DNA of 64,000 nucleotides from the human T2T-CHM13v2.0 reference genome, Homo sapiens: NCBI GenBank assembly GCA_009914755.4, contig CP086569.2, positions 24,736,001 to 24,800,000 of the forward strand, read 5' to 3'. Shown piece by piece: positions 23,038 to 37,830 of this stretch (position 1 is its first letter; each line of letters starts with the position of its first letter). The notes under the pieces were generated by a model. It saw only the letters and a program-made list of their open reading frames with translations, ran no database searches and was not told where the DNA came from. The position numbers and the translations under genes were made by a program.

Positions 23038-23165
23038 TTTATCTTTTATATTTATTTATTTATCTTTTCCTTAATCTTTACTTATTCACACTGCTGCATT
23101 TTTTTATCTTTTATATTTATATATTTATCTTTTCCTTAATCTTTACTTATTCACACTGCTGTTTC
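23038..23165. repeat. Tandem duplication of a roughly 63-66 bp unit (2 copies)
   Basis: tatcttttatatttatttatttatcttttccttaatctttacttattcacactgctg is repeated almost exactly, beginning at about 23104. Confidence 0.8.
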
Positions 23166-23775
23166 ATGTCTATTCATTTTATCCTAAAATACACCATAAA
23201 GCATTTCTTAAAGGGTAGTCTACTGGTAAAAGACTGCAGCTTTTACATGGGAATTTTATAATATCTCTCTCACTTTTGATGGGCATTTAGTGTAAACATG
23301 AGATTTCTGTTAAAAGTTTTTTTCTTACAGCATTTGGAATATATTAGTCTACTACTTTCTGACCTCTGAATTTTCAGAAAAGAAATCCACTGATTACTCA
23401 TGGGGGTTCTTTTTACATGACCAGTCACTTCTCTTGCTATTTTCAAGTTTCAAGTTGTTTTTGTTTTAGACAGGTTAATTATCAAGTAAGTTTGAATGTA
23501 TTTGAGTTTATGCTGCTTGGAGTTTGTTGAATTTCTTTGGTGTTTATTTATTTCCTCAAATTTATGACCTTCCTGACCACTACTGTTTTAGTCTCCTTTA
23601 GGAGGACTGCTTGATGGTGTTCCACTGGTTTCTAGGTTGTTTTCACAGTTATTTATTTATTTATTTATTTGTTTATTCCCTTCTTGACTTAACAATTTCA
23701 ACTGCCCTTTTCTTAGATCTGCTGATAGTTTGTTCTTCTATCTTCTCAAGTGTCCTTTTAAATCTCTGTAGAGAT

Positions 23776-24067
23776 TTTTTTTTTTTTTATTGAGTTTTGC
23801 TCTGTCACCAGGGTGGAGTTCAGTGAGGCAAACTTGGCTGACTGCAACCTCTACCTCCTGATTTCAAACAATTATCCTGCCTCAGCCTCTCAAGTAGCTG
23901 GGACTACAGGCTCATGCCACCACACCCTGCTAATTTTTGTATTTTTTAGTAAAGACAAGGTTTCACCATATTGGCCAGGATAATCTTCATCATTTGACCT
24001 CATGATCTAACCGACTTGGCCTCCGAAAGTGCTAAGATTGCAGGCGTGAGCCACTGTGCCAGGCTGT
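23776..24067 (-). mobile_element. Alu element (minus orientation, moderately diverged)
   Basis: tttttttttttttattgagttttgctctgtcaccagggtggagttcagtgaggcaaacttggctgactgcaacctctacctcc ... gcaggcgtgagccactgtgccaggctg. Confidence 0.88.
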
Positions 24068-24104
24068 AGTAAATTTTAGTGACAGTTGTTTAACTTTTCA
24101 GCTC

Positions 24105-24309
24105 CAGATATATATGTATAGGTATATATATAATATATATACACACACACATATATACACATATATATTTATATTATATATTAAATAAAATATATTATAT
24201 ATAATATAGAAATATATTTTTATGTATTCTATATATGTAAACTAAAGTCTAACATAATCTAAAGTCTAAGATATATGTATATATAGATTAGATAGATAGA
24301 CAGATATAT

Positions 24310-24343
<34 letters not shown>

Positions 24344-24350
24344 TACTGAA
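24105..24350. repeat. Compound simple repeat: (TA)n/(CA)n/(GATA)n followed by (AG)~19
   Basis: Direct reading; (ag)n run at 24313-24350. Confidence 0.9.
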
Positions 24351-24525
24351 CCTGGCCTAGAATTTCCTTCTTAGTTTTACTGTAAGTTTACTTTATTGTA
24401 AGTTTTGTTTATTGTAAGTTTACTGTCTATTAATAATTTTTTTATATTCATGGCTTTCTGTGCTTTTCTTCATTGCATTAGCTTTCTAAAAAAATCATTA
24501 AATTTAAAAGTTATTTTTTAGTTAG

Positions 24526-24895
<370 letters not shown>

Positions 24896-27800
24896 GAACC
24901 ACACTTTCTTATTTCACCTTATGCTATGTGATTCTGTTGGTGTCGAAAACAGGCATATAAATTTTCAAGTGTTGTACCTTTGAAAATCAGATTTTCTCCC
25001 TCTGTAGCTTGCTAGGGATTTGTTTATTCATCATCTAGGCTATTTCTGTCATGACAATCAGTCTTACTGATTTTGTTGGGGGTTTTTCTTGAGGCTGCAT
25101 CATTTTGGAGCACAGATGTGTAGCAACACATTTTATTCTAAATTTTCACGTACATATGTTTTCTTTGAATGTTTTCTCTATCATTCTCTGGCCTCTAAAG
25201 AGAAAAAAAAAACAGAAAAATTAGGAAAGAAAGGCTCTGCCTTTGTAAATCGTCTGAAAGTTACTTGAGTAGCAGGAGAAAAAGCCTGTAAAAGGTTTGG
25301 AAAATGAAAAATGACTGTTCACCACTCGCAGGACCTCCGTAATAAGAAACAGCAATCGGTTAGCCAGTCCTCCTGAGATTTGGAGGATAAGGTCATTTTT
25401 GCCTATCGTGGCTATTGCCAGCTGCTCCAGAAGTATTTGCAAGGCTGCACACCACGGCAATAGTTGATAGGAATAAATAACTGCTGTTGACCTATGCTAT
25501 AAAGTTGATCGAACTTAATTGTTGTTGACTTTACAAATCGTGTTTTGAAAGCTTCAAAACTTCAGATAGGATCTATAATTCCAAACTATTTGCGTCATAG
25601 CGATTCTGCCACTGCACATATTGAAGAGTTGAAGGGACAGATGCATAGTGCTCTGTAATCCATTGTCTCGTTTTTGCAAGAACCTGTATCATTTTATTTT
25701 CAATCTCTCTCTTTGCACTTAAGGTAACACTTGCAGGGAAATCACATATGTGAACCCTTCTTTTAAAGGTACATTTGCATCATTCTGTGCCTTTTTATGA
25801 AGGAGCTCACATTTAAAGTTATTAAACGTAAAAAACTATTCACTCTGATATTTAATTACTTGCTTTCTGTATGTTCTTTACCTTATTTGAATTTTTAAAT
25901 TTCTCCTTTCATCTTTCAGAAAAATTTCTTAATTTCTCAAAACTTTCTTCTTCTATATATTTTATATTATATTTAGTTACATTTGGGACCTCAATAAATA
26001 TTCTAAACTTAAAATAGCCTACGTTGGATAATACTACCTTATTTAAATAATCTAAAGTCTAAGTTCAACAATATAAAGGTACTCTGCTCCTGCACTTTTC
26101 TATTCTTCTCAAATTATATTATATTGTCTCAGACTATGTCTCCACTCACAGAGTGTCCATGAAATTAAATCTGTATTTTTTTTGTATGTAATAGCTGCCT
26201 ATAATAAGCATAATAGTAGTAATTATCTTTGCTAGGTAATAGTAATAGCTTTTATTGGTGGGGGGAGGGTTAGACACACATTTCTTTAGCTTATTTTTAT
26301 CTAGACATTTTCTGCTTGTGTATTATTTTACAGGTTATAAATGTTCTTCATTTCTCCAAGGTGTCTTCTTAGTTATTGGCAGCTTAGTATCCACTTAAAT
26401 AGCATTTTGTATAAGAGCAGTATACAAGCTATTATTTAAAAAAACTGAATATGTATTATCAGATTGTCAATTATATGAAGTAACTGCATTGTTGGTTCTC
26501 AGGAAACTAAATGTTTGTGACCAATTCCTGGCATTTTCAACCAAGAGTGACTTCTGACTTTGGCAAAACAGAAATAAAAATGACTAATCAATTCATCGTT
26601 TATTCTCTAGAAAGACTAGAACAAACACAATAAATTAGCACATAAGGGCTGTTTTACTCCTTCTAGAATCAGGAATCAGGGCCTCAAATTGAAAATGTGG
26701 ATTTCAGTTTTGCAGGCTTCATCTGTGTCTGGGAGGCAGTATGACAATCCAAAACATTAACTGTTTTAAAATTGTCTCTCTTGATTAAGTGTTTCCTTGG
26801 TTGATGTGAACTATTGGTGAACTATTGGTTTCCTGGGTGTAGACGGTTTTTTATTTGTTTGAGATTTCTTTGAATGGTTTGACGCTGCCTGCTCTGCAAT
26901 TTTGTTTCAGTTTTATTTGTGAAGCATGAACTGTTTTCTAATCTCAGTTTATTTTTATTTAGGAGATCTAAATTTTGTCCCATGAAAATGTTGTTTCAAA
27001 TGCTGAAGTTAAATGTTACACTTTTAATTTGGGTTTCTAGATTTTTTATTTGTTTGTTTTAGTGGTTATAGTGTAAGGTTTTTTGTTTGCTTTATATTAA
27101 TTGATCCTATCAATTTCATATAAAATGCATGAGGTAAAATTCTCTATTGAGTACAGCTTGGACTCATGTGAGACAAGCATAAAATAATTAGTCTCTAAAG
27201 TGACTGTGAAGTAAATATCTAAATAAAATAATAAGGGAATAATCACACAAGCATGCATCAAGATCAACAAGTTTGATGACCTCCACCAGACGTCTGCTTA
27301 AATTGTTTGAAAAACAGCCAGGTCACTGTGGCTGGAGCAGACCGTGGAAGGCAAACAGTTATAGACATTGAGCTCATGGAGGTAACAGACAGTCCATGTG
27401 AGTGGCTAGGGTTTCTGTAAGTCAATAGATTTTACTTTCTTTTTACCCTAAGCCTGGTTCATGACTAGAAGTGGAATTGGTAAGGTGGTTACTAGCATCT
27501 AGCCCTGAGAGATTAGAAAAGCTGAAAAATATCTTAAAATCTAGAGTCTCAGGCCTCTCTTTGATAAATTAACAGTGATAGATCATCTCTCCAGAAAATT
27601 GTACATAAGAAAAGCACACTTTGATTTTATATTTTCAAGATTACTTAACTCAATCTTTGGTTTCTATAAATCAGAAGAATTTTAAGAAGCTTTTGTAAAG
27701 TTCTGTTGATTCAAGTTAAGGTAAGTGTTAGTAAAGCGAAGTCAGTTGAGTTAGTCAATGATTACAAAGTAAACCATATATTTCTTTTTCTCCCCTTTCC

Positions 27801-28439
27801 TTTTCCCATTACTTTTTAAATATTTCCGTAAAACACTAGTATAGCAAAGAAAAAACAACAACAACAACAAAAAAACGAAGCCAGGCAGCCTCTGTTTTGT
27901 GGGTGGCAATTAAGAAAACACAACGAATGGCTTTTGGGATAGAACTAAACTTGACTACAGCTGGAAGGCATACAGAAAAGACATACACACTTGTGGATTG
28001 GCACACTACATTATGCATGCACAATGGGCATAATATTTATCGTAAGGCAAAAATTAAATATGTCTGATGACATAAAAGTTGCTGAGCCATTATAATAACG
28101 AAGCCCAATGAAAACAAAGATTTCAAGGATTATAGCTGGGGTTAGAGAACTCTTGCTTTTGCTAAAGTTGTTGAGTAGAATTAACACTGAGGTATCTTCT
28201 ACTGTTCTAAAATTGTATTTGATAGAAGATTTTTATAGTGGGAATCTTTGATCTCAATTAGTTATGCTCTCTCATGTTCTAAATTAACCAGAAATAAATA
28301 CATTCACAAAAATTTACATGAGCCAATTAGAGAAAATAAAAACAAGTGAATGAAGAAGTAGCTGTAATAGAAAAATGTATGTGGAAATGTTAAGATAAAT
28401 CAAAAAAGGAGGTTAATTCATACAGTGTAAAATCTTTTA

Positions 28440-31400
28440 CATTTGATTACAAAAATTGTTTTGTAGTTCATGAGGCTCATCTCATGAATTTACATTTTTC
28501 TGCCAGATTTATATTCACTAAAAGCTGATTAGAGTGTGCCCACAAGAATAAGGTGGATCTGCATTCCACAGCTCACTGATTCAAAGATTGTTTCGGGGAA
28601 AAATTCCAACAGATACACCCAGGATTAATACCCTGTATACCTCAATCCAACGAAGTCAACACTCAGTATTAACCATCACAAATCCACCCCTTGACAACTT
28701 GAACCACTACACGTCTCCTAAGAGAATACCTAATTTTCAAGTAAAGAAAATAATAACATCATAATTACACCTAACGTAATACAACTGTCTTTGTTAAAAC
28801 CAGTAATTCACCAATCCCAAATCTAAACACTATTATGTGAAGTTAACCATACTCAAATGTTGATTTGATGTCAATAAATCTAATGTCACATAATAAAGAA
28901 AAAGAAAAAATGAAGGTACTATTACATGTGTATACATACACAAACTTTTTTTTTGACAAAAAGAGGAACTATTTAGAACAATTAACGTCCTCATTTCTGC
29001 AGCTGGTCACCTGGTTGTAGCTGGTGTTGATGTCTACCTTCTTCTACCAACCTTTATGTGTTCCCTTTGCGTTCAACAAGCACCTCAGCTGAGACCCCTA
29101 ATACCTTTCCTTTCTTCTTTCTTTCCTTTCTTCCTTCCTTCTTTATTTCCTTCCTTCCTCCATTCCTTCCTCCCTTGTTTCTTCTATTCCTTCCTTCCTT
29201 CCTCCCTCCCTCCCTTCCTTCCTTCTTTTCTTCCTTCCTTTCTTCCTCTCTCTCTCTCTTTTCTTCTTTCTTTCTTGTTTGTTTGCTTTCTGGCTGGCTG
29301 GCTGCCTGGCTGGCTGGCTGGCTGGCTTGCTTGCTTGCTGGCTTGCTTGCTTGCTTGCTTCCTTTCTTTTCTGTTGGAGTAACCCAAACCTTAACTCCTG
29401 AAGGTTCTGGATCATTTACAGTCCTGTCAAAATTAGGCTGTTGTAATTTTCCGTTGATCTTAATCTCAGGGCAGTTAAATACTATCAGGCACCTTAATGG
29501 ATCTCCTGTGTTCCATGTATATTCTTCCATACCTCCGTTGTAAAATAGTAGACTGATTTTATCTTGCTAATTCAAGTCAGTCACCACAGCCAACACTGTC
29601 ACTTCCTTAGCCTGTTGACTGAAAGGCAGGAGTAGCCCAAAATGCCAAGGGGACAATCTTCACTGTCAGTTTAATGGAAATGTCATTCTGTCTCCTGGTG
29701 GCAACATTTCTCCCTCTGGAACTAAGACCTGTAAGCCTGTGGAACATAATGTAAAGGAAACAGGAAGCAAACATTTTGCTAGTGGATCACTAGGGGTGAT
29801 GGTGAGTGGGGACATTTTCACTTCCACACCTTGATTTCTGTACCCAATAATTCTGGCTATGGGAAAAAGAGTATATGTTCAACACTGATTCAAAACATAC
29901 ATTGCCTTCTGGAGAACTTTTCCCCAGGTTTGCAAAGTCTTGTCACATGGTTGGTATTGTAATTGTAACTTTAAAAGGCCATTTCACCATTCTATTAATC
30001 CAGCTGCCCTAGGATGATGGGAAGCATGGTAAGACCAACGAATTCCATAATGCAGGAGCCCACTGCCACACTTCTTTAGCCATAAGGTGAGTGTCTTTGT
30101 CAGAGGGAATGCTGTGTGGAATGCTATGTTGGTGGATGAGGTATTTAGCGTGTCCACAGATGGTAGTCTTGGCAGAAGCATTGGATGCAGAATAGGCAAA
30201 CGCATATCCAGTGTAAGCACCCTGAGAAACGGTGCCATATCGACGGATCAGTGTTGGACTCTGTTGCTTGCAAATGGGGCATGCAGCAGTGGCCATAGCC
30301 AGGTTAGCTTTGGTGAGTAAAAGTCCATTTCGCTGAACCCATGCATAATCTTCACCCCTGCAATCATGGCCACTTTGTTTATGGGCTCTCTGGGTGATGA
30401 CAGCAGAAACTCGGGAGAGAGGCTGAGTGGTTTCCACAGGATGGTTTATTCTATCCATTTGCTTACAAAATTTTTCCTCTTCTGAGGTCACCGTTGTTGA
30501 ACACTTACATGAAATATAAATATCCTCACAGTTTTTGACCACTCAGAGAGGCTAATCTACATAACTCTCTCTTAAATTACTTTGCCACTTATTTACTGAT
30601 AATGCTTCTTCCAAGTTCCTGATCATCCAGCCAAAGCATTGGTTATGGCCCATGAACCAGTATATAATCACACATCTGGTTATTTCTCCTTGGCATTCAG
30701 TCTACTGGGAAGAGGTCCCTTCACCACTGTTCTTCACGGATATCCCAGCAAAAATCTGTACTGCTGCAGCTGTTCATTCTTGGGTGGTGGCTCCATATAT
30801 GGTGCAGAACCATCTGGAGCCAGGCCATAGTCTCCTCTTATTCTGTCAACTGACCATAGGGAACTAGCCATGAGACCATCAGTGCAGGTTGGAGGGGAGA
30901 AGGCATGGTGGCAAGACTGGAGAACATGAGCATTTGAGTCAGTGACGCATGTAAATTACTTGTGCCTTCAGGACTGGCTTGAGACTGAGCACATATGTAC
31001 CACTTCCATTTGATGATGAAATTCTGCTATGGACAACCCACTTTATGGCTAGATGGATCAGAAAGCACCCAGTTCATGATAGGCATTTCAGTTCACTTGG
31101 TGACTTGATGACTTATAGACAAGGGTACAGTTTCCACCAAACCCAGTAACAGGCCAAGAGTTGTCTCTCAATAGGACAATGGTTATCTGCAGAAGATGGC
31201 AGGGCCTTACTTCAAAATCCTAGAGACCTATGCTGTGATTCACCTGTGAGATCCTGGCATTAGGTTCCAAAGAGCACCCCTATCTACCACTGACACCTCA
31301 ATCATCATTATATCTTCTGGGTCATACGGCCCAAGTGACAGAAAAGCTTGCCTGGATCTTCTACAGAGCTTTCTCCTGTTCTGGACACTATTCACAACTG

Positions 31401-34400
31401 GCAGCCTTTTAAGTCACTCAATAAAAGGGGGAGAGTAACAACCTCACATAAGGAATATGTTTTCTCCAATATCCAAAGAAACTCACTAGACATTGTCCCC
31501 CATTTTTTTGTTTGTATGAGGGGCCAAATGCAGCAAATTGTTCTTTACCTTAGAAGGAATATGTCAACAGGTCTTACACCACTGGACCCCTAGAAATTTT
31601 ACTGAGGTAGAAGGTCCCTGAATTTTAGTCAGATTTATTTCCTATAATCTGGTATAAACATGCCTCACCAATAAGTCCAGTGTGTTTGCTACTTCTTGCT
31701 CACTGGATCAAATCAGCATAATGTCATCAGTGTAACAGACAAGTGTGATATCTTGCATGAGCCAAAAGAAATCAAGATCTCTCTGAAAAAGATTAAGGCA
31801 CAAAGGTAGAGAGTTGGTATACCCCTGAGGTAGGAGAGTAAAGGTGTATTGCTGGTATTGTTGGGTGAAGGCAAATTGCCTCTGGTGGGTCTTATGGACA
31901 GGAATGCAGAAAAAGGCATTTGCCAAGTCAATGGCTGCATACCAGATGCCAGGAGATATATTTATTTGCTCAAGCAATAAAACCACATTTGGTACAGCAG
32001 CTGCAATTCGAGTCACCAAGTGGTTAAGCTTACCAAAATCTCCTGTCATTCTCCAAGATCCACTTGTCTTCTGCACAGGTTAAATGGGAGAGTTGCTTTC
32101 AGACGTGCTGGTAATGACCAACTGTGTGTCTTTCAAGTCGTTAATGATGGTACTAACCTTCACAATCTCTCTGGGGTTGTGATATTGTTTTTGATTTACT
32201 GTATTTTCAGATAGAGGAAGCTCAAATGCTTCCATTTGCCTTTTCCCATTTTAGTAATCCTCACCCTACAGGTCAGGAAGCAAATGTGGGGTTCTACCAG
32301 CAGCTAAGTGTGTCTATGTCAATAATGCATTCTGGCACTGGGAAAATGACCTTAGGATGACTCTAGGTACACGCTCGACCCACTGTAAGTCTGACGGGGG
32401 CTAAAACTTTATTAATTGCCTGACCTTCATAAGGTTCTATTTTAACTGTAGAACCACAATGATGTTTCGGGTCTCCTGGAGTCAGTATCAGCTCAGATCC
32501 AGGGTCCAGTAGCCTGAAAATTCTGATCATTTCCCTTTCTTCCAGGCATAGTTACCCTGACAAAATCCAGGCGTTACTTAAGGAACAATGAGAGAAAGAT
32601 TCACTGCATAAATTGTTGGTAATGGAGTGGGGTCTTTCCTCAAGGGGATCCAGCCTCCCCTTCATTCAAGGGGTTCTGTGTCTTTAAATTGGCTCTGGTA
32701 TGGAAATAGGTTGAGAAGCTGTGGTTCTGTTTTTATAATTTAGAATAGTTCTTCATCTATTTGACACCAAAGTTTTCTGTTTCTATAACTTAAGTAGGAA
32801 TGCAGTAGGCTTTCTATCAATTTCACTTCCAGGAACACCTTGATTAATTAGCCAGTGCCAGGGTTCTACAGGTGTCAGACTCTTCTGATTGCTGCTTTGC
32901 GACAGCTGTCCATTATGGTACCTACACCCACCTTGCCTTTGATGGTCGAGTGTTGCCACTTGGTTCCTGCCACCTTGGGATTCAATTATCCCTAGTGTAT
33001 TTAAATGTTATAGTTAGTGGCTGCAGTTCCCGCCCTTAGATCTGACACACAGAGAAGAGTAATTACAGAGCTGTTCAAAGATGCAGGTACTGCTCTGCTT
33101 CACAAGGCATTGATCAAGAATATATCCTCTGGACTCTCTCAGCTGGGATGAGTAGGTCTAAAGTGAACTAATCTACTCCACCATTCCAATCTCCCAAGGC
33201 CTTTGGATTTCATCCTTTACTTTAAACCAATGGAGAGCGGACATTTATAGAGCTCACTCACAGTGGGCCATCTTTGAATTCATATTTTAGCTAACCAAGC
33301 AGATAAACTATGAGAAATTCTTAGCTCCCTGTGCTGCATCTTTAAATGCAGAGTCCCTACTAGGTCAGCCCTAGTCAATAAATTCAGCCTGATACAACCC
33401 TGTGTTCCTTCTGCTATTATCCCATACCCTTAATATCCATTTGCTTCTGTGTTCTCTAGCCTGCTGTTCATGTATATTATAGAACTCAAACAGTTGTTCT
33501 TCAGTTTACCACAACTTCTCATGGGTTGCACTCTCAATATCACCGTAAAGAGCCCGCCAGTACTTTAGTTTAGTTATAGGCTTAGAACCAAACAGAGATG
33601 TTGGGGGTGGCCTCTGAGAAGAATCAACATTATCATACCTGGCAACTGACTCAGGGGAGGCTATCACTGTGGCCTCAGCCAGCACATGGTTTATCTCTAT
33701 AGGTAGAGGTGGAAAGACTGAAGGCAGCATGTACCTCTCTCTTCTGGGATGCAGAACAATAATTTGAGATCAGCTGACTATCAGGGCTGAATGACCTGTA
33801 ACACAACTATGGATAAAACTCGCCCCCTTGCTTATCGTAGTGTGGAACACAAAAATAAGAGGACAGCTGTGGCCCTTCAGGGTGCACAGACTTAGGGGCT
33901 CTCGATGCCATGACTGTGACACCCTCTTAGGGGCTTTGCATTTTCTGGCATCTCCAAGCTTCTGGGCCCCACTACGTTTCACAGTATCAGCTGTGGATGC
34001 TGCCTGCAGTATGCCTGGCCCAGCTGCTGCTTCTCAGTGAGACGGAACTTCTGCTGGCACCTAAAATTTCTTGTTTTGCCACAGCTGGCATGCCTGGATG
34101 AGTTTAGTGGTTGGAGCCCACACTTGCTCATACAACACTCACCACTCCACCATGCTTGCCCTTGGCAGGTGATAAATGCTGGCTCTTAATGCAAGCTGAG
34201 TGCAGCCTGTCAGGCAGAGTGGGTAGAACACATGTAGCAGGCCTGGGAAAAACTCAAGCAAAGGCACCACTGGCCACAGGGGTTTTCATCTGGCAAAGTG
34301 ACTCCCCTAAAATTCTGTAACAAAAGAAGCATAGCTAATTGTGTTTAAATGCCTTACTTCTCTTAAATCCTGAGACACTGATAATTGAGTGTCAATACCC

Positions 34401-34850
34401 TGAATATTTTCATATTTTATCCTTATTTGGAAAGTATTATATTTCAACATTATTTAGAAATAAAATTTGCATAATTGGTATTTGCGTTGAACCACCTGAA
34501 TCCCAAGAACATATTTGCATGGAACCACCTGATTCTCACAAAATATATTTCTGAAATATAGGCATTGGGCTTCAGATTAGCATTCTTTTAGCAGATTATG
34601 AAACTTGCCAATGGAACACAATTTCTAATCCCTGGATTTTGACATTATATACTCACATACTTTTTTTTTTTTGTGGAGGCACTTTTGCTGTGCATTGTAA
34701 GAGGATGAGCAGCATTTCTGACCTTTTCCACTAAGTGCAATAGTAGCATCCTTTTTCCATGGTTGAAATGTCCAAATATCTTAGTGTCTTCTGGAAGCTA
34801 AATTGTTGACATTGACTATTCTAAAGAGTTATGAAGAATGAATAAAAAAA
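28440..34850 (-). mobile_element. ERV-L-like (class III, foamy-related) provirus copy A, about 6.4 kb, minus orientation: leader/gag, protease, RT, RNase H, integrase and a C-terminal dUTPase region; 3' part interrupted by a microsatellite
   Basis: - ORF 31708-32076: SGSWRMTGDFGKLNHLVTRIAAAVPNVVLLLEQIN...WYAAIDLANAFFCIPVHKTHQRQFAF...LLPQGYTNSLPLCLNLFQRDL...LVCYTDDIMLI (RT motifs, YXDD).
- Minus-strand translation near 32480: MIRIFRLLDPGSELILTPGDP (protease active-site region).
- ORF 30009-30542: AHKQSGH...CPIC (integrase HHCC zinc finger), then IPSDKDTHLMAKEVWQWA (integrase core).
- ORF 29054-29530 N-terminus: dUTPase C-terminal-like segment.
- Colinear, at about 80-85% eyeballed identity, with the plus-strand copy at 50110-56400.
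- The two ends were not recognisably similar to each other, so the LTR assignment is unverified. Confidence 0.8.
29107..29375. repeat. Compound polypyrimidine/polypurine microsatellite: (CTTC/CTTT/CCTT)n about 175 bp, then (GGCT)n, then (GCTT)n
   Basis: Direct reading. It generates the low-complexity ORFs at 29054-29543 (SFLPSFLP... / KQASKQASQPAS...). Confidence 0.95.
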
Positions 34851-34872
34851 CCAGTTTTAACAATTTTGCAGA

Positions 34873-35165
34873 GGCCATGCAGGGTGGTTCACACCTGTAA
34901 TCCCAGCACTTTGGGAGGCCAAATTGGGAGAATCACCCTAGGTCAGGAGTTGGAGACCAGTCTGGCCAACATGGTGTAACCCTGTCTCTACTAAAAATAC
35001 AATAAGTAAACAAACAAACAAAATTAGCTGGGCATGGTGACAGTCGCCTGTAATCCCAGCTACTCGGGAGGTTGAGGCCAGGAGAATTGATTGAAACCAG
35101 GAGGCGAGAATGAGCTGAGATCATGCCATTGCACTCCAGCCTGCATCACAATAGCGAACTCTGTC

Positions 35166-35197
<32 letters not shown>
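34873..35197 (+). mobile_element. Alu element (plus orientation) with an (AAAAC)n tail
   Basis: ggccatgcagggtggttcacacctgtaatcccagcactttgggaggcc ... cactccagcctg ... aaaaaacaaaacaaaacaaaac. Confidence 0.9.
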
Positions 35198-35494
35198 TAC
35201 ACAAATTTTATATGAGATCTTATTTTTATCTAACTTTCTGCTGTTCTAATATCCTGTCACTTACGCAATGAACCAGAATGTCCTGCATGTACCCTGGAAC
35301 TTAATACAAAACAAAGTTAAAGAAATTAAATAAAACTAGAAAGGCTTTCTTTTCTTAGAAGTGAGGTTATAGTAACTGAAATGTGTGCCACACTTTATTT
35401 AAGACATTTTCTAATTACAAATCAGGGTTGTCACAAACTGCATTGAAAAGCAAATAAGTAGAATATCTCAATTCTTAATTGATCAAATTTATTT

Positions 35495-35767
35495 TCTTTT
35501 ATTCTTAGAATGGAATCCCACACTGTCTCTTTGGATGGTGTGCAGTGGTGCAATCTTAGCACACTGCAGCACCCTGCCTCCCAAGTTCAAATGTTCATTC
35601 TTCCTCAGCTTCTTGAATAGCTGAGATTACAGGTATGCACCAACACACTCGAAGGGTTTTCACCATATTGGCCATGTTGTCTCAAACTCCTGGCTTCAAG
35701 TACTCTGCCTGTTTTGGCCTCTAAAAGTGCCGGAATTACAGGCATGAGCCACCAAGGCTTGCCGGCC
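35495..35767 (-). mobile_element. Old, diverged Alu (AluJ-like), minus orientation
   Basis: ggaatcccacactgtctctttggatggtgtgcagtggtgcaatcttagcacactgcagc ... aattacaggcatgagccaccaaggcttgccggcc. Confidence 0.8.
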
Positions 35768-37002
35768 CTCGTCTGAGTTTCCAATTGAGAAATACACTGG
35801 TCTTACAAACCTTATTTTTTATATCATATTTTTGATGAGTTTCATTTTATGTCTCATAATTCACAAAGATAATTTAAGTGCATTGTCTCTCTATTGGAAA
35901 TGAATTTATTTCCATTAATACATAATTAAAAGAGTAGGTTTATGTAGAAAGTCATTTTTCTATGGTGAAGAGTTCTCACATCTTAGAAATTGCTTTACAT
36001 ATCTCATTTGGAAAACTCATTGCATTTATTGATTACACTTGCATTTTTTTTTCCTTTGCATTTTCTTTTGTAAGAGTATTCTAAATTGTTTCAAGATACA
36101 ATAAGATGTTTAATTATGTCAAATAAACTTAAAAGGTATTTTCTTCGAAAGACAACTTTTTCTTAAGCTATGTTTCTACTAATACTGTGTGATTACTTTT
36201 TGTATGTTACTAGGAATTAATTGATGTTTAAATCTTCCCAGCATCCAAAGTTCATCTGCAATATTTAAGAAATAAAGAACTGCTAGCAGAGCAGGCTGTT
36301 CTGGTCCATAGTTCACCCACTACCGTCAACCCTGGTTTTGAGCTACCTGCAGCACAAGATTGGCTGGGTAAAAAAATCTCAAAAAGATATCAGTCTGTTT
36401 GATGGAAATATATTACATAGACAAAGAAATGACTAGTGGGTATTTAAAATCATAAAGAGGTTTTTTATCGTTAATAACAGTTTTGTTTGAAATTCTATAT
36501 TTACATTTAGAAAAAATTAACTCATCGCTTTTGTGTTGCTTTGTTTTTAATCAACTAGCTTAACATTTTGTAGCCATCAGGTATATAATTAAAACCATTT
36601 CTATCAGAGAATATTATTTTTTTAAATAAGATGTATTACTTAAATGCTCTCATATATGGTTTTGGTAATTTAACACAGTGGAATTGATTTAATCATATAC
36701 AAAAAAATAGTAAGACTGTTGAGTAAGAAGAAACCAAATTTAATGGTACAAAAAGTTTATACTAAAAATGTATACATTAAAAAGATTTTTCTAACCCAAA
36801 CATTGAAGTTGCTTAATGTTGTTTTAGTTAAATTCCAAGAGAAGTATTATTTTAAAATCATAATGTGAAAAGAGATCATCTGAGTGCATGTTATTACTTT
36901 TAAATGTCCACGTCAATTAAACAAAATGGATAGCAATGTTCAAATCTTACGCAGAACTGAAACTCATAGCGAGAGGTAATGTAAGTAAATTGAAAAACAA
37001 TA

Positions 37003-37324
<322 letters not shown>

Positions 37325-37784
37325 TCAAGGGAAATCAGAGAGTTACAAATATAATTAACAACAGTATTCTGTACAGATATTTAATTGAAAATGTGAAATT
37401 ATGTTAGTTTATATGTTTCTCTCTGTGAGTATATTTTTTGGTACATTGCAGGAGTTTCTAGCTAAACTCACTGTTTAAAAGGACAGATCTTTATTTGTCC
37501 TGTGGGATCTATGTAAAGAGGAGAGTTTCCTTTTTAAAAACACAGACTTTTGTTAATTTATTTAACTATTGTATTGGCAGAATAAATAAATATTTTTAAA
37601 ATTTTTTTAAGCAACCACTACTGTTATGAAACGTTAAGTCAATCTTTTCTTTCCTTGTGGTTAATGTATATTTCCAAATATATAAGACGGCATGCAATAA
37701 AAATTATTAACTTGCCATGAATATTGTATTTCTGGTCCAGAGATGTTTTTTGAAGTATATGCACGTCTTCATACATAGAGCTAT

Positions 37785-37830
37785 TTCCTCTTCTTCTTCT
37801 TCTTCTTCTTCTTCCTCTCCTCTTTTTTTA
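37785..37830. repeat. (TTC)n trinucleotide repeat, about 12 units
   Basis: cctcttcttcttcttcttcttcttcttcttcctctcctc. It underlies the poly-Glu ORF at 37707-37895 on the minus strand. Confidence 0.9.

Noticed and set aside
29054-29543. Long ORFs of 158-161 aa on both strands with periodic peptides (SFLPSFLPS..., KQASKQASQPAS..., GREGGRKEG...), which could be mistaken for a repeat-containing structural protein.
   Set aside because: They are translations of the (CTTC)n/(GGCT)n/(GCTT)n microsatellite. Composition is purely repeat-driven, there is no start or regulatory context, and the ORFs are present symmetrically on both strands.
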